A stretch of 64,000 nucleotides of DNA. It comes from Myxococcales bacterium (lineage in GTDB: Bacteria; Myxococcota_A; Polyangia; Polyangiales; Polyangiaceae). The DNA lies in NCBI GenBank assembly GCA_043747615.1, contig JAYTOU010000057.1, positions 32,001 to 96,000 of the forward strand, written 5' to 3'. Shown here piece by piece: positions 59,258 to 64,000 of the stretch (position 1 is its first letter; each line of letters begins with the position of its first letter). The position numbers and the translations under genes were made by a program. The notes beneath the pieces are model-generated. The model made no database searches and was not told the DNA's origin. It saw nothing but the letters and a program-made list of their open reading frames with translations.

Positions 59258-60757
59258 CTACGCGTTCTCGAATTGCAGCGCCCGCGGAAGCCGGGGATCG
59301 CCGATGGGGATGAGCGGATAGCCGAGCATTCCGTAAAACACCGCGGAGAGATAAATACCGCCGACGCCGAGGAAGCAGGCCAGATCGAGCCAATGAACGC
59401 CGAAGTCTGCTTGCCCGTAGTTGGGCATCACCAGCCAGTAGATGTCGACAGCGTGCATCGCGATGAGCCACGACGCGCCGAGCGCGAGCGTGAACATCTT
59501 GCGCTTGGTGTTTCGCGAGATGAGCAGGAAAAAAGGCACTGCGAAGTGGAGCAGGATGAGCGCGATGCTCACCAGCTTCCACGGTCCGTTGTCCCAGCGC
59601 ATGTGGAAGAAGGTGACCTCTTCGGGGAGCGCCGCGTACCAGATCAGCATGAACTGCGAGAAACCGATGTACGCCCAGAAGACGAGGAAGCCGAAGAGGA
59701 GCTTGCCGAGGTCGTGGTAGTGCTCGGTGTTGATCGCCTTCGTGAGGATTCCCGTCGAGCGGAGGGCGAGGGTGGTCACGATGATCGTGGCGTGGATGGC
59801 TACGACCGAGCCGGCAAAGATGTAGACGCCGAAGATCGTGGAATACCAACCCGGCAAAAGCGACATGATCCAATCGAATGCCGCGAAGGTCAGAGTGAGA
59901 CCGAAGAAGATCATCGCCGGCGGCGAGAAGCGCTGCACGCTCACGGTTAGCTTCGGATCCCGAGACACGTCTTGCTTGGTGGAGAATTGAAAAAGCTTCA
60001 GCCCCAAGAACGCCCATACGATGAAGTAGAAGATGGCGCGCCCAGTAAAGAAACCGACGTTCAGGTACGGGGATTTCCCACGAATGACCCGCTCCTCGAT
60101 CAGCTCGTCGGGATCTCCGCGGCGCGCCTCGTGTGTGCCGGCAGCAGCGTGGGATTCGGCATCGTCGTGACGATCCTCGACGTTGAGGATCTTCTTCTGC
60201 CGCGCTTCGGGTGATCCCGGATCGATCTCGTGTCCGGCACCGACGGACTTGACCTCGGCGTGCGGCGCCTCGTGTCCGCTCGCGCTGCCGTGGAACCACG
60301 GAAAGAGGTGACCCATGGACAACCACACCGGAACGAAGAGGAGGGCAAAGACGAAGATTCCGCGGCCGAAGAACTCGGACGTGCGGCGGACGGTGACGCT
60401 CCAGCCCGCGCTCGTCAGGTGCTGGATCAGCGTGAAGAAGATCGAGCCGAGGGCGATGGTCAGAAAGAAAAGAAACGCGAAGAGGTACGAGAACGCGAAA
60501 CGCTTTGCATCCGTGGTGTACCCAAAGACAGCGCCACCGAGCCCAATGACACCCACGATCCCCGCGTATTTCCAGGCGTTCGTGAAGGGGTTGTCGGCTG
60601 GCAAGCGATAAGCCGTGCGCGTCGTATCGGCCGTCGTCGGCGGCGCATCCGCCTTGGCGTCCGTCTTCTTGTTCGCGGAAGGGGACGGCTTGCGACCGGT
60701 CGTCTCTTTCCTGGCGTCCGCGCCGCCCTTCTCGTCCGTGTCCTTGGGGTCGCTCAT
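59258..60757 (-). CDS. actF: Alternative complex III subunit ActF
   Basis: Multi-TM; AGWSVTVRR, DWIMSL.P.WYSTIFG, HYHDLGKLLFGF and SQFMLIWY motifs. Confidence 0.9.
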   Translation of the reverse strand: MSDPKDTDEKGGADARKETTGRKPSPSANKKTDAKADAPPTTADTTRTAYRLPADNPFTNAWKYAGIVGVIGLGGAVFGYTTDAKRFAFSYLFAFLFFLTIALGSIFFTLIQHLTSAGWSVTVRRTSEFFGRGIFVFALLFVPVWLSMGHLFPWFHGSASGHEAPHAEVKSVGAGHEIDPGSPEARQKKILNVEDRHDDAESHAAAGTHEARRGDPDELIEERVIRGKSPYLNVGFFTGRAIFYFIVWAFLGLKLFQFSTKQDVSRDPKLTVSVQRFSPPAMIFFGLTLTFAAFDWIMSLLPGWYSTIFGVYIFAGSVVAIHATIIVTTLALRSTGILTKAINTEHYHDLGKLLFGFLVFWAYIGFSQFMLIWYAALPEEVTFFHMRWDNGPWKLVSIALILLHFAVPFFLLISRNTKRKMFTLALGASWLIAMHAVDIYWLVMPNYGQADFGVHWLDLACFLGVGGIYLSAVFYGMLGYPLIPIGDPRLPRALQFENA

Positions 60758-61368
60758 GGCTTCTTCTCCGAGGCGACCTGCGCCTGGCTCAACTCGAGCG
60801 CGCGCACGTAACTCACAATCGCCCAGCGATCATTCACTGGGATCTGCGGACCGTAGGCGGGCATGTTGCGAACCCCGTTGGTAATCGTGGCGAAGACCTG
60901 ACCATCGGGGAGATGACGGATGCGTTCTTCGTGAAGGCTCGGCGGCTTGAGCATGCCGTGCTTCACGATGAGACCGTTGCCATTTCCGGTCTGGTCGTGG
61001 CAGGGCGTGCAGTAGATCCCGAAACGATCCTGGCCGCGGTGGACAAGAGACTCCATTCCGCCGCCCCGCTCGACCGCTTCGTTCGGGACGGTGAGCACGT
61101 AGCCGGAGCCATCGTCGAGCAGCCCCTTGGCGATGCGATCGTCGACCTCGGCTTCACGGGAGACCGCTCCTTCGACGGGCGGACGCATGTCGCGATGATC
61201 CTCGAAGAAGGCGCTCTCGCCCTGGGTCTTGTACTTCGGCTGGTTGTACATGTTGCGGATACCGACGAACGGCGTTTCGCGCGTCGTTTCGCCGCGGCAG
61301 CCCGTGAGCAACAAGGTGGCGCCGCTTCCGGCGAGAGCAAGGCAGATGACGAGGAGAGAATGTTTCAC
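60754..61368 (-). CDS. actE: Alternative complex III monoheme cytochrome c lipoprotein ActE
   Basis: Lipobox LTGC, M..QPKY, CTPCH, MPAY…DRWAIVSYVRAL. Confidence 0.88.
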   Translation of the reverse strand: MKHSLLVICLALAGSGATLLLTGCRGETTRETPFVGIRNMYNQPKYKTQGESAFFEDHRDMRPPVEGAVSREAEVDDRIAKGLLDDGSGYVLTVPNEAVERGGGMESLVHRGQDRFGIYCTPCHDQTGNGNGLIVKHGMLKPPSLHEERIRHLPDGQVFATITNGVRNMPAYGPQIPVNDRWAIVSYVRALELSQAQVASEKKP

Positions 61369-62246
61369 GGCGCGTCCTCTTCGACGAGCTCGACATGCTC
61401 TGCGTGGGTTTTCTCCAGCAGATCGCGCGTTCGTTCGAGCTTAAATTTCGGGTCTTCCACTTCGACCGAAACGAAAAATTTGTCGTCCGAGAAACCTCGG
61501 AAGCGTTCCGACTCGAAGAGCGGGTGGTTGTGCCGCGGAAGCTTGTTCATCCCGAGCATGCCGAACACAGCGGTGAGCGCCGAGAAGAGAACAGTGAGCT
61601 CGAAGAGGATCGGGACCATCGAGGGGACGGCGCCGGGAGGCTTGCCTCCGATCACGATGGGGTAGTCGATGCCGTTCATCCAATACATCATCGTGAACCC
61701 TAGGGTCGCGCCGGTGAGCCCCATACAGAACACGAGCCAGCCGAGCTTCGAGTCCGGGAGCCCCATCGCCTTGTCCATTCCGTGAACCGGAAACGGCGTG
61801 TGGGTGTCGAACTTGGTGTAGCCGGCGTCACGGAGCCTCTCGGCCGCGCGCAGGCACGCGCCAGGCGACTTGTATTCCGCAAGTAACAGCGCCGCGCGCC
61901 GCTCGGGAGGCGCACCGTTTCTCGACGAATGCGTCGGAGGCTCGTGATGGCCTTCGTCGTCGATGCCCACCGCTCGCCCCGGGCCTTTGTGTCCGGGTGA
62001 CTCGCGATCCTCGGGATCGATTTTCTTGAACGTCGCCAACGGCGCCTCGTCATCCGAATCTGCAGGCGGAAAAGGCTTGGCGTGAGAATCGATGTCTTCT
62101 TTGCCGTGCGGCGTGCTCGCCACCGGATGCCCGAGGTCGGTTGGCACTTTGTCGGTGCGGGCCTTCACCACCCGATCGACGGCTTCCTTGGCCGCCTCGG
62201 AGAGCCCTTCCTTCTTCGTCTTCTTGAGAGAATCGTCGTCACTCAT
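61365..62246 (-). CDS. actD: Alternative complex III subunit ActD (DUF3341) with a long N-terminal extension
   Basis: HTPFPVHGMD, DYPIVIGGKP and FELTVL motifs. Confidence 0.9.
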   Translation of the reverse strand: MSDDDSLKKTKKEGLSEAAKEAVDRVVKARTDKVPTDLGHPVASTPHGKEDIDSHAKPFPPADSDDEAPLATFKKIDPEDRESPGHKGPGRAVGIDDEGHHEPPTHSSRNGAPPERRAALLLAEYKSPGACLRAAERLRDAGYTKFDTHTPFPVHGMDKAMGLPDSKLGWLVFCMGLTGATLGFTMMYWMNGIDYPIVIGGKPPGAVPSMVPILFELTVLFSALTAVFGMLGMNKLPRHNHPLFESERFRGFSDDKFFVSVEVEDPKFKLERTRDLLEKTHAEHVELVEEDAP

Positions 62247-62249
62247 GAC

Positions 62250-63685
<1,436 letters not shown>

Positions 63686-63689
<4 letters not shown>

Positions 63690-64000
63690 GCCATCTCCTT
63701 GTTCGGATTTCGGATCTTCCCGAGATAGGTCGTCCGAGGGTGGGTGCCGATGTCAGCGAGGAGCGCGTAGTTGCGATCGCGCGCGGCGAGGTCGGTGACC
63801 CGCGCCGACGGATCGTTGAGATCGCCGAAGACGATCGCGTTCGCGGGGCACGCTTGCGCGCACGCAGGCGTGATGTCTCCGTCCTTGAGGGGCTTGCCGG
63901 TTCGCTTGGAGCCGATCTTCCCCTCTTGAATGCGCTGCACGCAATAGGTGCATTTCTCCATGACGCCGCGCATGCGGACGGTGACGTTCGGGTTGAACTG
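63686..64000 (-). CDS. actB: Alternative complex III Fe-S subunit ActB, C-terminal part (5' end outside the window)
   Basis: [22 protein letters not shown]…ACAQACP…FGD motif. Confidence 0.9.

Overview
High-GC window from a myxobacterium (Myxococcota, most likely Polyangiales; inferred from gene content such as AgmX/PglI-type domains, an MXAN_5187-like protein, giant TPR proteins and Pro-rich Ser/Thr kinases). It is mostly core chromosome: a TolC-family protein, HAD and PP2C phosphatases, two acyl-CoA dehydrogenases, an amidase operon, apaG-cyaY, an isc Fe-S operon (iscS-iscU-iscA-hscB-hscA-fdx), glyA, a Ser/Thr kinase, hemL, an Fpg/Nei glycosylase, ppdK, glyS, ruvB, two sensor kinases, a FadL-like porin, trxB, a triheme cytochrome c, lexA, DUF4398/OmpA, an acyl-CoA synthetase, NDH-2, and an alternative complex III plus caa3-type (A2) oxidase operon that runs off the right edge. 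I saw no rRNA, tRNA, CRISPR array or transposase. Most notable observations: (1) the isc operon is headed by a MerR-family regulator with a five-Cys C-terminal tail rather than IscR, preceded by two ACGT-centred palindromes 63 bp apart and a 12-codon Cys-containing uORF with a strong SD; (2) a ~51-56 bp GTAG-tagged structured repeat occurs twice with compensatory base changes; (3) a lipoprotein carries a MACPF/stonustoxin-like motif; (4) three decayed genes are present: an internally deleted Tam-like methyltransferase, a collapsed kinase-paralog remnant missed by the ORF track, and a lipoprotein frameshifted at a perfect palindrome; (5) lexA has a leaderless promoter with a candidate SOS box. 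All calls come from reading motifs by eye; no database searches were run.
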